Of a stretch of 64,000 nt of DNA, positions 38,295 to 48,355 are shown piece by piece. A program made the translations under genes and the position numbers. This DNA is from Fidelibacterota bacterium (lineage in GTDB: Bacteria > Fidelibacterota > Marinisomatia > Marinisomatales > UBA1611), in the NCBI GenBank assembly GCA_018649625.1, contig JABIHN010000012.1, positions 10,782-74,781 on the forward strand. The letters run 5' to 3'. The number at the start of each line of letters is the position of its first letter. Within the stretch, counting starts at the first letter, position 1. The notes below the pieces were generated by a model. The model did no database searches. It saw only the letters and a list, made by a program, of their open reading frames with translations, and was not told the DNA's origin.

Positions 38295-39152
38295 ATCATC
38301 TTGGGAAATATTGGGGATTGAAACATAATCACAATAAATAAATTCTCTTAGTTTAGTATCGAAAATACTAGCTGCAATTTTTTCATCAATCGGTTTATGA
38401 CCTAAATTTATAGATAAAATATATCTATTATTAAGATTGAGAAATGCTTCTGTAAACTTTTTATATGCAATAAGTGGAAAGAAATATTTTTCACCGTCCA
38501 AAGTTGTAATATAATTGGGTCGACTACTAAAATCGGTTCCAAAGAAATCAACATTGTTTACGCGGATGGAAGTAGTATAACCGGATAATCTTTTACTTAA
38601 TCGTTTCTCAAATGTAATTGTGCCGAGCCCAATTTCCCATTGGTCGACCATTTTCTTTTTATCACCCGTTGCAATTAACAATTTAGCTGTTTCTCCTATT
38701 TGATGAACGGAATGAATATGTCGAACTCCTTTAATCTTCTGATAAAAAAGGTGAGTTTTACATTCATTCTTTGTTGCAACAATCAATTTCGCTGATGCCG
38801 TAGCATATTCTCCAATGATAATCATTCCATTCGTTTCAACAATGCTCTCAGTTCGAGCGCCATTAAAATCAGTTGGTAATTTTAAAAGATAGTTTGTTTT
38901 GTATTTTTCTATGATATTGTTTCTAGAAAGGAAAAAAGGATCATTATTTAATTGAGAAATGAGAAGTTTTGCTTGTTGAATAATTGCATCATCCCCTAGA
39001 ACAATTTTAGAAGGATTGTAGCGTATAATACACCAAAAGGACCAAAGCGATTCAATGAGTCGCCCTTCTTGGATGAGTAAACTAAAAGCCCGTACTAAAT
39101 AATATGGATTCTTGGACTTTTTAAATTCAGAGATATATTCTGCGATATACAT
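38283..39152 (-). CDS. hypothetical protein (orphan, no recognisable family)
   Basis: Uninterrupted 289-aa ORF with an ATG start. No signal peptide or TM. Overlaps the dinG 3' end by 12 nt. No motif I can assign. Confidence 0.5.
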   Translation of the reverse strand: MYIAEYISEFKKSKNPYYLVRAFSLLIQEGRLIESLWSFWCIIRYNPSKIVLGDDAIIQQAKLLISQLNNDPFFLSRNNIIEKYKTNYLLKLPTDFNGARTESIVETNGMIIIGEYATASAKLIVATKNECKTHLFYQKIKGVRHIHSVHQIGETAKLLIATGDKKKMVDQWEIGLGTITFEKRLSKRLSGYTTSIRVNNVDFFGTDFSSRPNYITTLDGEKYFFPLIAYKKFTEAFLNLNNRYILSINLGHKPIDEKIAASIFDTKLREFIYCDYVSIPNISQDDLSN

Positions 39153-39178
39153 TCTTTTAAGTTACTTTTAATAATTGA

Positions 39179-39208
39179 ATTTCAATCGAACAATCTTTGG
39201 ATTGAAAT
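39179..39208. promoter_or_regulatory. inverted repeat in the divergent promoter region (candidate operator)
   Basis: 'ATTTCAATC' (39179-39187) and its exact reverse complement 'GATTGAAAT' (39200-39208), separated by 12 nt. It sits in the 79-bp gap between the divergently transcribed orphan gene and hutH. Confidence 0.3.
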
Positions 39209-39231
39209 GGAACATTTTCATAAGTTAGTTG

Positions 39232-40758
39232 ATGGAAAATCTACGTATTTCACCAAAGACATTAACCTATCGGGATTTCTCACCATTTTTTAACGGTCCT
39301 ATTCGCGTCAAGCTTACAAAAGAATCTCTCCTTAATATAAAAGAATCAAATAAACGGCTTCTATTACAAATCTCTGAAGGAAAAACCATCTATGGAGTCA
39401 ATACCGGATTTGGAAATTTAAGCCATATTAAAATTGCTCCAAAAGATCAAAAAAATCTCCAATTAAATTTAGTTAGAAGTCATGCTTCTGGTGTTGGTAA
39501 ACCACTTGAACTTGGAATAGTTCGTACAATTTTCGTTTTAAAGTTATTAACCTATGTTAAAGGATATAGTGGAATTCGCCTTGAAGTAGCTGAGAAAATT
39601 GTTCAATTCCTAAATAAGGATATTTTACCAGTTATACCTGAAAAAGGGTCAGTGGGTGCAAGCGGAGATTTAGCACCATTAGGGCATATGGCATTATCAC
39701 TTATTGGTGAAGGAAATGTCTTTTTTAATGGTAAGAAAATGACAACAAAAACTGCCCTGAAAAAAGCCAACATCAACCCATTAAAACTTCAAGCAAAAGA
39801 AGGGTTAAGTTTAATAAATGGAACTCAAGTATCTACTGCAATTAGTATTAAAACATTATTAGACGGGGAAGCTCTATTAAAAATGGCAGATATTGCGGGT
39901 GCATTATCTGTTGAGAATAGTTTTGCAAGCAGAAAGGTATTTCATAAAGCCGTACACTCTATTAAAGAACATCCAGGGCAACAACTATCTGCCAGGAACG
40001 TGTATCGTCTCTTAAAAGGCAGCAAAATAGTCCAATCTCATACGAATTGCGGTCTTGTTCAGGATCCGTATAGTTTTCGTTGTATTCCTCATATTCATGG
40101 GGCCTGCCGAGATTCATTTTCAAGCGCGGCCAAAATCATTAATAATGAAATAAATAGCGTGAGTGATAATCCTTTAGTTTTGAAAAATGGTGAAATAGTT
40201 AGTTCAGGCCATTTTCATGGAGAACATTTGGCACAAGCAATGGATATTCTTGGCATAGCTTTTTCTGAACTAGGTGCAATTTCTGAAAGACGATCTCATT
40301 ATTTCATGAAAGGTTCAGAAGGAAAATTTCCACCATTTGTTGCCAAATCGCCCGGTGTTGAATCCGGCTACATGATTGCACATGTAACTGCATCAGCTTT
40401 GGCATCTGAAAATAAAACACTAGCTCACCCTGCAAGTGTGGACTCTTTACCTACATCGGGTGGTCAAGAAGATCTTGTAAGTATGGCACCCTGGGCAGGA
40501 CAAAAATTATTACAAATCCAAAAAAACTTGAGATATATAATTGCAATCGAAATGTTAATTGCTGGTGCTGCAAATCAAATAGCTTCTTCGAATATTAAAT
40601 CCGGAAAAGGGACGAGTCCTGTAATAGAAATTCTCCAATCTATTTGTAATTATAACATTGGTGATCGTGTCCTTTCACAGGAGATTGAATTAATATCCGA
40701 AAAAATTCTGAATAATGACTTTATTAACGAAATTATTAAAAATAACAAATTGGAGTAG
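39232..40758 (+). CDS. hutH: histidine ammonia-lyase
   Basis: MIO-forming '[17 protein letters not shown]', 'YGVNTGFG'. Substrate-selectivity region '[14 protein letters not shown]' carries the S-H pair typical of HAL rather than PAL/TAL. 'QEDLVSMA'. Confidence 0.9.
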   Translation: MENLRISPKTLTYRDFSPFFNGPIRVKLTKESLLNIKESNKRLLLQISEGKTIYGVNTGFGNLSHIKIAPKDQKNLQLNLVRSHASGVGKPLELGIVRTIFVLKLLTYVKGYSGIRLEVAEKIVQFLNKDILPVIPEKGSVGASGDLAPLGHMALSLIGEGNVFFNGKKMTTKTALKKANINPLKLQAKEGLSLINGTQVSTAISIKTLLDGEALLKMADIAGALSVENSFASRKVFHKAVHSIKEHPGQQLSARNVYRLLKGSKIVQSHTNCGLVQDPYSFRCIPHIHGACRDSFSSAAKIINNEINSVSDNPLVLKNGEIVSSGHFHGEHLAQAMDILGIAFSELGAISERRSHYFMKGSEGKFPPFVAKSPGVESGYMIAHVTASALASENKTLAHPASVDSLPTSGGQEDLVSMAPWAGQKLLQIQKNLRYIIAIEMLIAGAANQIASSNIKSGKGTSPVIEILQSICNYNIGDRVLSQEIELISEKILNNDFINEIIKNNKLE

Positions 40759-40760
40759 CT

Positions 40761-42233
40761 GTGACGAATCGCCCCCCATTTAAACAAGCATTTACTTTTG
40801 ATGATATTCTTCTTGTTCCTCAGGCATCTTCAGTTTTGCCACGAGATGTTGAACTTATCACTCGATTAACAAAAAATATTAGTTTAAATATTCCCATTCT
40901 AAGTGCTGCGATGGATACAGTAACAGAAGAAGAAATGGCAATTGCTATAGCTCGAACCGGTGGACTTGGTATTATTCATAAAAACTTATCTATTGAAGAC
41001 CAAGCTAAAATGGTAGATAGAGTCAAACGTTCTGAAAGTGGTATGATTTTGAATCCGGTAACTGTCAGCGCAGACTCAACTATTGGATCAGCCAAAAAAA
41101 TCATGTCTCAATTTAAAATTAGCGGATTACCTGTTGTAGTAGATGACCGTTTGGTGGGAATATTGACAAATCGAGATATACGATTTGAAACTGATAATTC
41201 TCTCAAAATATCGGAACGAATGACAACTGAAAATTTAATTACAGTTCCGACAGGTACATCCCTTGAGAAAGCTAAAAATATTCTTCAAGAACATCGAATT
41301 GAAAAGTTGCTTGTTGTTGATAATGACGGGAATCTTACCGGGCTAATTACAGTTAAAGATATCCAGAAAAAAGAAGATTATCCCATTGCATGTAAAGATG
41401 AAAATGGACGACTTCGAGTGGGAGCGGCCATAGGAGTTTCAAATGATGCTATTGATCGTGCAGGTGCTCTCGCGGATGTGGAAGTAGATGTACTTGTTAT
41501 CGATACTGCACATGGGCATTCAAAAGGTGTATTGAATTCAATATCTAATATTAAAAAAATGTATTCTCATTTAGAAATTATTGCAGGAAATGTATCAACA
41601 GGCGATGGAACAAAAGCATTAATCGACGCAGGAGTCGATTGTGTAAAAGTAGGTATAGGTGCGGGAGCAAGTTGTACCACTCGTGTTATTGCTGGTGTTG
41701 GCGTTCCACAATTAACAGCAATCATGGATGCTGTTGATTCTGCTAGAAAATTTAATATTCCAATTATTGCGGATGGTGGACTTCGTTATAGTGGTGATGT
41801 TGCTAAAGCGTTAGCAGCAGGCGCAGATTCAGTGATGCTAGGTAGTTTACTTGCGGGAATGGATGAGAGTCCAGGAGAAGCGATTCTCTATGAAGGTAGA
41901 CAATATAAATCCTATCGTGGAATGGGATCTATGGGTGCAATGAATAGAGGTAGTGGTGATCGATATTTTCAAGAAGGAGCTGAAGCAGCTAAACTTGTCC
42001 CTGAAGGAATAGAAGGAATGGTGCCTTATAGAGGTCCAGTCAGAAATACTATCCACCAACTCATGGGCGGAGTTCGTTCTTCAATGGGATATTGTGGATG
42101 CAAAACAATTGCTGAATTTGGAGAACAATCTAATTTTGTCCAAATAACAGCTGCGGGTATAAAAGAAAACCACCCACATGAAGTCAGAATTGTTAAGGAA
42201 GCCCCTAACTATCAGATTTCAGATGGGCGTTAG
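40761..42233 (+). CDS. guaB: inosine-5'-monophosphate dehydrogenase
   Basis: GTG start. 'TFDDILLVP', CBS pair, catalytic loop '[21 protein letters not shown]', '[17 protein letters not shown]', 'YRGMGS'. Confidence 0.96.
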   Translation: MTNRPPFKQAFTFDDILLVPQASSVLPRDVELITRLTKNISLNIPILSAAMDTVTEEEMAIAIARTGGLGIIHKNLSIEDQAKMVDRVKRSESGMILNPVTVSADSTIGSAKKIMSQFKISGLPVVVDDRLVGILTNRDIRFETDNSLKISERMTTENLITVPTGTSLEKAKNILQEHRIEKLLVVDNDGNLTGLITVKDIQKKEDYPIACKDENGRLRVGAAIGVSNDAIDRAGALADVEVDVLVIDTAHGHSKGVLNSISNIKKMYSHLEIIAGNVSTGDGTKALIDAGVDCVKVGIGAGASCTTRVIAGVGVPQLTAIMDAVDSARKFNIPIIADGGLRYSGDVAKALAAGADSVMLGSLLAGMDESPGEAILYEGRQYKSYRGMGSMGAMNRGSGDRYFQEGAEAAKLVPEGIEGMVPYRGPVRNTIHQLMGGVRSSMGYCGCKTIAEFGEQSNFVQITAAGIKENHPHEVRIVKEAPNYQISDGR

Positions 42234-42242
42234 ATGAATCGT

Positions 42243-42497
42243 TTAACTTAGAGAATTAAGGTGACGAGTTATTTGTGCCTTCCGACGTGAACCTGTATTC
42301 TTATGAATAAGATTCTTACTCACAGCTTTATCAATAATACTGACAGTATTGCTATAAACTTTATTAGCATCTTCTTTAGTAGTTGTTGATAATACTTTTT
42401 TAATATTTGTGCGAAGACGAGACATGCTATCGATATTTCTAGCACGTCTTTTAATATCTTGTCTTTCTCGTTTAATTTGTTGTGGATGTCTATCCAT
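42243..42497 (-). CDS. rpsT: 30S ribosomal protein S20
   Basis: 84 aa, basic. 'HPQQIKRERQDIKRRARN', 'KAVSKNLIHKNTGSRRKAQ'. Confidence 0.9.
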   Translation of the reverse strand: MDRHPQQIKRERQDIKRRARNIDSMSRLRTNIKKVLSTTTKEDANKVYSNTVSIIDKAVSKNLIHKNTGSRRKAQITRHLNSLS

Positions 42498-42693
42498 TGA
42501 ATAAAATTCCCTTTAATTTTAGGCGGGGAAGTTAGTAATTACAACTTAAGTATGTCAAGTAATGTGAGATGTAATTGTAAGAATTAATTTTGATAAAGAA
42601 ATGAATAAACTAAACTAAATCTAAAGTGTTTAACCTTGAAAATATGTTAGATATAAATTTTGAATACTAATCAGTCAATGGTATTTTTTTAGT

Positions 42694-43377
42694 ATGAAGA
42701 AGATCGAACTATTGCAATCTCTTACTCTTTTTTGGGATTTGGATGAAAAAGAGTTGGGGCGCATTTCAAAAAAAATGGTTTCTGCACATTATAATTCAGG
42801 ACAAGTAATTGTACTCGAAGCATCTGAAGGTGACCATTGTTTTTTTGTAACAAAAGGAAATGTTAAGATTACTCGTATGAGTAATGACGGTCGAGAAGTT
42901 ATTCTTTCTATTTTAAATGATGGCGATTTTTTTGGTGAAATGTCTCTTCTCGATGGAGAGTTTCGTTCAGCAAATGTAATTGCTTTAGATGATACAGATG
43001 TTTTAACATTAAATAGAAAAGATTTTTTAGCAGTATTGAGTGAATATCCCAAAATCGCAATTCAGCTCTTAAAAGAAATGGCACATCGATTACGTATAAG
43101 TGATAGGCAAATTGCTAGTCTATCCTTGAGTGATGCAGAAAAACGAATCGCATTATGTATTCTTCGTATTGCAGATGAACAAGGTGTTATAAAAAAGGGG
43201 CAGGTCAATATTCCAAAAGCACCCATTCAGCAAAACATTGCAAATATGTCTGGTACATCAAGAGAAACGGTATCTCGAGCATTAAAATTGCTTGAAAAAC
43301 AAGGATATGTTGAAAGGAATGGTAGAGAGCTTATTATCCAAAATTATAATCAGTTTGTCAAAGAGTTTGATTCTTAA
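42694..43377 (+). CDS. Crp/Fnr-family transcriptional regulator
   Basis: cNMP-binding fold 'GDFFGEMSLLDGEFRSANVIAL', C-terminal HTH 'IANMSGTSRETVSRALKLLEKQGYV'. No N-terminal Fnr-type Cys cluster. Confidence 0.88.
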   Translation: MKKIELLQSLTLFWDLDEKELGRISKKMVSAHYNSGQVIVLEASEGDHCFFVTKGNVKITRMSNDGREVILSILNDGDFFGEMSLLDGEFRSANVIALDDTDVLTLNRKDFLAVLSEYPKIAIQLLKEMAHRLRISDRQIASLSLSDAEKRIALCILRIADEQGVIKKGQVNIPKAPIQQNIANMSGTSRETVSRALKLLEKQGYVERNGRELIIQNYNQFVKEFDS

Positions 43378-44328
43378 ATGTCTATTTCACTGATTTCAGG
43401 AATATTAGAAAATGATACCAATTCTATCTCAAAAGCAATTACGCTTATTGAGAATGATAAAGAGATTTCAGATTCATTTTTTAATACTCTTCATGAAAAG
43501 TCATCCAAAGCTATTAGAATTGGAATCACTGGTCCACCAGGCGCAGGAAAAAGCACATTAACAAACGAGTTGATCGACACTTGTCTTGCAAATCATTTGA
43601 GTGTAGGCGTTATTGCGGTTGATCCTACAAGCCCCTTTTCTGGAGGCGCTCTTCTTGGCGATCGAGTTAGAATGAATAAATATCTATGGGATAATAGAGT
43701 TTTTATTCGAAGCATGGGGAGTCATGGTGATTTGGGTGGATTAGCAAGGAAAACTCAAGAAGCAGGTGACGTTTTAGCGGCCAGCGGAAAAGACATTGTC
43801 TTTTTTGAAACGGTGGGTGTAGGGCAAGGCGAGCATGATGTCATTAAGACAACAGACTTAACAATAGTAATTTTAGTACCTGAATCGGGAGATGAAATAC
43901 AATTAATGAAAGCTGGTCTAATCGAAATTGCCGATTTATTTGTGATAAATAAATCAGATCGCGAAGGTGCGAATAGACTTTCTTCTTTATTGAAAAATAT
44001 CCTTCATACGTTTTCAGTTCGAAAGGAAATTGAACCACCTGTTTTTAATACAATTGCAAATCAGAGTGAGGGTGTTGTGGAACTCTACTTGGGAATTCAA
44101 AATCAAATAAATACTATGAAGGAAATGGGACTTTTTGATAAACGTCGATTAAATCGATATCGCAACCGAGTTTCAGACCTTATTCGGGAACGATTAGAAA
44201 CTAAATTTTGGACCAAAGAAAATAAAATATTTTTAGATCAAACTACTTTATCATTAACTGCAATTAAGTCTGCACCAATTATGATTGCAAAACAATTATT
44301 AGAAGGTTCTTCTCATGAGTCAATCTAA
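43378..44328 (+). CDS. meaB: MeaB/ArgK-family G3E GTPase (methylmalonyl-CoA mutase-associated type)
   Basis: 'GITGPPGAGKSTL', 'IAVDPTSPFSGGALLGDRVRM', 'ETVGVGQGE', 'VINKSDREG'. Confidence 0.85.
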   Translation: MSISLISGILENDTNSISKAITLIENDKEISDSFFNTLHEKSSKAIRIGITGPPGAGKSTLTNELIDTCLANHLSVGVIAVDPTSPFSGGALLGDRVRMNKYLWDNRVFIRSMGSHGDLGGLARKTQEAGDVLAASGKDIVFFETVGVGQGEHDVIKTTDLTIVILVPESGDEIQLMKAGLIEIADLFVINKSDREGANRLSSLLKNILHTFSVRKEIEPPVFNTIANQSEGVVELYLGIQNQINTMKEMGLFDKRRLNRYRNRVSDLIRERLETKFWTKENKIFLDQTTLSLTAIKSAPIMIAKQLLEGSSHESI

Positions 44329-45052
44329 AAAGAAAGATAACAGCATGGGATTCCTGGACCATTTGGAAGAACTCAGATGGCGACTCGTAAAATCCTTTTT
44401 AGCTATTGTCATTGGATCAGCTCTTTCATTTGGTTATATCGATTTTATTTTAGAGGTTCTACTTAAACCAACTAAAAACACTACAAATCCAATAAATCTT
44501 CAAGTTTTATCTGTACAGGGTATGTTTTTAATAAAGTGGTTTATATCATTCATATCCGGATTTATCATATCTTTACCGATTTTGATTTATCAATTTTGGC
44601 AGTTTGTTGCACCGGGTCTTAAAATCAAAGAAAAAAAATATGCAATCCCAGTTGTATTTTTTGCATTTTCATCATTTATCACTGGTGTTTCCTTTGGTTA
44701 TTTTATAATTATTCCATTTTCGTTAGAGTTTTTTAGCGGAATTAGTTCAGGACATGTGGAAAATAATTTTTCTATTCAATATTATTTTAGTTTTTTAACT
44801 TGGTTAATGTTAGGTGCCGGATTGATTTTTCAATTACCGGTAGTTTCATTATTATTATCTGCAATTGGTTTATTAACACCTCCATTTATGCGACATTATC
44901 GACGACACTCTATTATCGTTATAATGATATTATCATCATTTATTACTCCTCCGGATCCTGTTTCTATGCTTATTATGGCATTTCCACTTGTGTTGCTCTA
45001 TGAGTTAAGTATTGGAATATCTTGGATGGTTACTCGTAAAAAACAAGATTGA
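44315..45052 (+). CDS. tatC: twin-arginine translocase subunit TatC
   Basis: 'FLDHLEELRWRL', six TM, 'WQFVAPGLKIKEKK', 'ITPPDPVSM'. Confidence 0.92.
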   Translation: MSQSKKKDNSMGFLDHLEELRWRLVKSFLAIVIGSALSFGYIDFILEVLLKPTKNTTNPINLQVLSVQGMFLIKWFISFISGFIISLPILIYQFWQFVAPGLKIKEKKYAIPVVFFAFSSFITGVSFGYFIIIPFSLEFFSGISSGHVENNFSIQYYFSFLTWLMLGAGLIFQLPVVSLLLSAIGLLTPPFMRHYRRHSIIVIMILSSFITPPDPVSMLIMAFPLVLLYELSIGISWMVTRKKQD

Positions 45053-45084
45053 AACCATCTGCGTTTCTTCGGTAATTTTAATAT

Positions 45085-46077
45085 ATGATACATAAAGATT
45101 TGGTTACATTAAAACAGATTACGGCTCCAATTTTGGATGATATTAAAATCTTCCAACAAGAATTCGAAAATGCACTAAAGTCTGAAGTCCGGCTCATCAA
45201 TTCCATTTCCAAATATATGGTACGGAATCGAGGAAAAAATATTCGTCCAATTCTCACAATTCTCTCAGCACGATTATGTGGTGAACCGACTTTAAATAGT
45301 TATAGAGCTGCAGCCATGATGGAATTGTTACACATTGCAACTTTAATTCATGATGATGTCGTGGATGATGCAACACTTCGACGTGGAAAACCGTCTATCA
45401 ATAAAGTGTGGAAAAATAAAATATCTGTATTAATGGGTGATTTTATTTTAAGCAAAGCTCTTATTAATATAATTGGTATTAGAGATTTTGACGCATTAGA
45501 AAAAATTTCGAATACAGCCGAAAAATTAAGTGCTGGAGAAATTCTGCAAATTGAAAAGAGTATAACAAAATCCATGACGGAAGATGTTTATTTTGATATG
45601 ATTAATCAAAAAACAGCATCCTTAATTGCAACTAGTTGTGAATTAGGTGCAATCACCACAACTAAAAAGGATCAGGATAGGTCTGCTACTTTCAAGTATG
45701 GTGATAATCTTGGTATAGCTTTTCAAATAAAAGATGATTTGTTTGATTTGTTAGGGAAAGAAAGCGATACTGGTAAGAATAGTGGAACTGATGTGAAAAA
45801 GAATATGATGACGCTTCCGTTAATTTTTTCCTACGCAAACATGACAAGATTAGAGAATCGACAATTGAAAAAACTGATGGGACTTAAAAATAAAACACGA
45901 AAAAATCTTATCGATATTCGTGGAATGGTTTCAGTTGCTGGTGGGTTCGATTATGCACGGAAAAAATTGGATGATTTTTCTAATAATGCACTTGATGCGA
46001 TTGCAATTTATCCCAATTCTCCTGTAAAACAATCCTTGTCTGATTTAGTTGCTTTTAACGCTTACCGAGTGAAATAA
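45085..46077 (+). CDS. ispB: polyprenyl diphosphate synthase (IspB-like)
   Basis: First Asp-rich motif 'LIHDDVVDDATLRRGKPS', second 'FQIKDDLFD', 'GKNSGTDVKK'. Confidence 0.85.
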   Translation: MIHKDLVTLKQITAPILDDIKIFQQEFENALKSEVRLINSISKYMVRNRGKNIRPILTILSARLCGEPTLNSYRAAAMMELLHIATLIHDDVVDDATLRRGKPSINKVWKNKISVLMGDFILSKALINIIGIRDFDALEKISNTAEKLSAGEILQIEKSITKSMTEDVYFDMINQKTASLIATSCELGAITTTKKDQDRSATFKYGDNLGIAFQIKDDLFDLLGKESDTGKNSGTDVKKNMMTLPLIFSYANMTRLENRQLKKLMGLKNKTRKNLIDIRGMVSVAGGFDYARKKLDDFSNNALDAIAIYPNSPVKQSLSDLVAFNAYRVK

Positions 46078-46081
46078 AGTT

Positions 46082-47068
46082 ATGGTATTCGATCAGAAAA
46101 TTCTGATCATTCGATTTAGTGCAATTGGAGATATTATTCTTGCTACATCTCCGCTTAAAACAATTCGCAATGCATTTCCCAAAGCCCAAATCACTTTTTT
46201 AACCTCTGCTCATTTTGCACCACTTTTAGAGTATCATCCAGACATAGATCGACTAATTCCATTTGGTGTTAATTCATCAGCTTTAGATTTGTGGGGCTTT
46301 GCAAAATATATTATAAAACAAAATTATTCTCACATATTTGACTTACACAATTCCTTACGATCTAATATAATAACATCGAGAACTAATTCTCCAATTCATC
46401 AATTAAAAAAGCCTCGTTGGAACCGATTTATGTTATTCCGTTTCCATGTTAACAAGTTTTCTACTGATTTTTCTACTTTAAAAATGTATCATGAACATTT
46501 GGGGGATATCTGGAAAATTGGTGAAGATATTCCAAAAACATATTTAAAAGTAAGTCAAAATGAAAAAAAATACGCTCTGGAAACAATGAATGAAAAAGAA
46601 TTTATGTCAATTGTTCCCGGAGCTGCTTGGCATCAAAAGCAATGGTCTGCTGAAAAGTATGTTGAATTAATAAATCAAATCGGAAAACCCGTTGTTATCC
46701 TTGGTAGTAAAAAGGATAAAATTTGTTTTAAAATTGCAAACAAAACACCATTAGCAAAAAATTTAGCAGGGAAAACATCTTTGCGACAAGCCTTAGCTAT
46801 TTTATCGAATTCGTATCATGTAATAGGGAGTGACACTGGATTAACTCATGCAGCAGAAGCATTAGATATTTCTGTTTCAATGATACTTGGACCTACGTCC
46901 CAGGAAACTGGAGCAGCAGCTCATTTGAGTAAATCAAATATTATTGAATCTAATCTTTGGTGTCGTCCATGTTCACAGAATGGAAAACGACCCTGTTATC
47001 GGAAAACTCAACTTTGCATGGAATCAATTTCTGTTTCAGATGTTATTCAAACCCTCCCAAATGGATAA
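46082..47068 (+). CDS. glycosyltransferase family 9 (LPS heptosyltransferase-like)
   Basis: 'ILIIRFSAIGDIILATSPL', 'PGAAWHQKQW', 'GSDTGLTHAAEAL', C-terminal 'CRPCSQNGKRPC'. Confidence 0.8.
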   Translation: MVFDQKILIIRFSAIGDIILATSPLKTIRNAFPKAQITFLTSAHFAPLLEYHPDIDRLIPFGVNSSALDLWGFAKYIIKQNYSHIFDLHNSLRSNIITSRTNSPIHQLKKPRWNRFMLFRFHVNKFSTDFSTLKMYHEHLGDIWKIGEDIPKTYLKVSQNEKKYALETMNEKEFMSIVPGAAWHQKQWSAEKYVELINQIGKPVVILGSKKDKICFKIANKTPLAKNLAGKTSLRQALAILSNSYHVIGSDTGLTHAAEALDISVSMILGPTSQETGAAAHLSKSNIIESNLWCRPCSQNGKRPCYRKTQLCMESISVSDVIQTLPNG

Positions 47069-47071
47069 TCG

Positions 47072-48355
47072 ATGAAACTCATTTGGGTTCTAATATATAA
47101 TGTAGTTTTTTACCCTTTGTTATTCGTAGTTGGGTGTTTATTTAGTTTATTAAATAACAAGTTTAGAAAAGGCGTATTCGGACGATTCCAATCAATTTCT
47201 AAGTTGACAAACTATTTTAAAACAATAGATCAGACTAAAGATATTTATTGGTTTCATGCCGCAAGTTTGGGCGAATTTTATCAAGTAAAGCCTGTGATTG
47301 ATGGATTAAAGGAAGTTTCCACAAACAATATTACTATTTTGAGTTTTTCATCCCCATCGGGATTTGAAAATGCAAAAAGTAATAGTATTGATTTCAAATT
47401 TTATATGCCATTTGATTTTCCTTGGAGCGTAAATAGAGCTCTAAAGATTATAGCTCCCAAAAAAATTATTTTTGCTTCTTATGATATTTGGCCAAATATG
47501 GTTTGGATGGCAAATCGAATGGATATTCATACTAACATATTTTCTGCACGAGTTAAAGATGGATCAATAAAGTTAAAACCTGTGTTTATGAGTTTTTATA
47601 AATCTATTTATCAATCACTTTCAACGATTTATACTGTTGCAGACAAAGACTATAAACGAATAAAAAAGATTATTGGTGTTTCTGATAAACCTATTTTACG
47701 TTCATTAGGAAATCCGCGTTATGATATGGTTATGAAAACGGTGGATGATTTTACTCAAGTTCATCAGCAATCAGTTTTACTAAGACAAAAAAGAATTATC
47801 ATTGGGAGTGCTCACAGCGAAGATGATGAAAATTTCATTCCAGTTTTGTCACAAATCATGAAAGACAATCCAGACTATAAGGTTTTGTATGCTCCACATG
47901 AACCGGGTGAAACTGAAATAAGTAGAATTCAATCATTATTTAAAAAACATGGATTTGAGTCAAGTATATTTCAAAAAAAGGACTCATTCAAATTACCAGA
48001 TGAACGCGTTATTGTTTTGGGAATTGTTGGTGTTTTATCCAAACTATATTGGCAAGGGCAAATAGCTTATGTGGGTGGTGGGTTCTCAACAGGAATTCAT
48101 AATGTGATGGAACCTGCAATTGCGCGGTTGCCTGTTCTTTTTGGTCCAAACTATCAACATGCACATGAAGCAGAAGAATTGTTAGAAAATTCAGGAGGAT
48201 TTTGCATTAATACCAGAGATGAGTTTAATGTTGTTATGAATCAATTAATCTCTGAAAAAGAATATTATTTGAAAACAAGTTTTGTTGCAACAGAAGTAAT
48301 CCATAATAATTTAGGCTCTTCAACCCGAATCATACGGAGTCTCATTCGTGACTGA
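47072..48355 (+). CDS. waaA: 3-deoxy-D-manno-octulosonic acid (Kdo) transferase
   Basis: N-terminal anchor, 'WFHAASLGEF', 'YAPHEP', 'AYVGGGFSTGIHNVMEPA'. Adjacent to the GT9 gene. Confidence 0.85.
   Translation: MKLIWVLIYNVVFYPLLFVVGCLFSLLNNKFRKGVFGRFQSISKLTNYFKTIDQTKDIYWFHAASLGEFYQVKPVIDGLKEVSTNNITILSFSSPSGFENAKSNSIDFKFYMPFDFPWSVNRALKIIAPKKIIFASYDIWPNMVWMANRMDIHTNIFSARVKDGSIKLKPVFMSFYKSIYQSLSTIYTVADKDYKRIKKIIGVSDKPILRSLGNPRYDMVMKTVDDFTQVHQQSVLLRQKRIIIGSAHSEDDENFIPVLSQIMKDNPDYKVLYAPHEPGETEISRIQSLFKKHGFESSIFQKKDSFKLPDERVIVLGIVGVLSKLYWQGQIAYVGGGFSTGIHNVMEPAIARLPVLFGPNYQHAHEAEELLENSGGFCINTRDEFNVVMNQLISEKEYYLKTSFVATEVIHNNLGSSTRIIRSLIRD

Noticed and set aside
42530-42559. Perfect TTGACA hexamer on the minus strand (42554-42559), 57 nt upstream of the rpsT start codon (hexamer start to ATG), considered as a possible -35 element.
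   Set aside because: The sequence 17 nt downstream (CTAACT) is a poor -10 element. FCB-type promoters may use a different consensus. I cannot support a promoter call.
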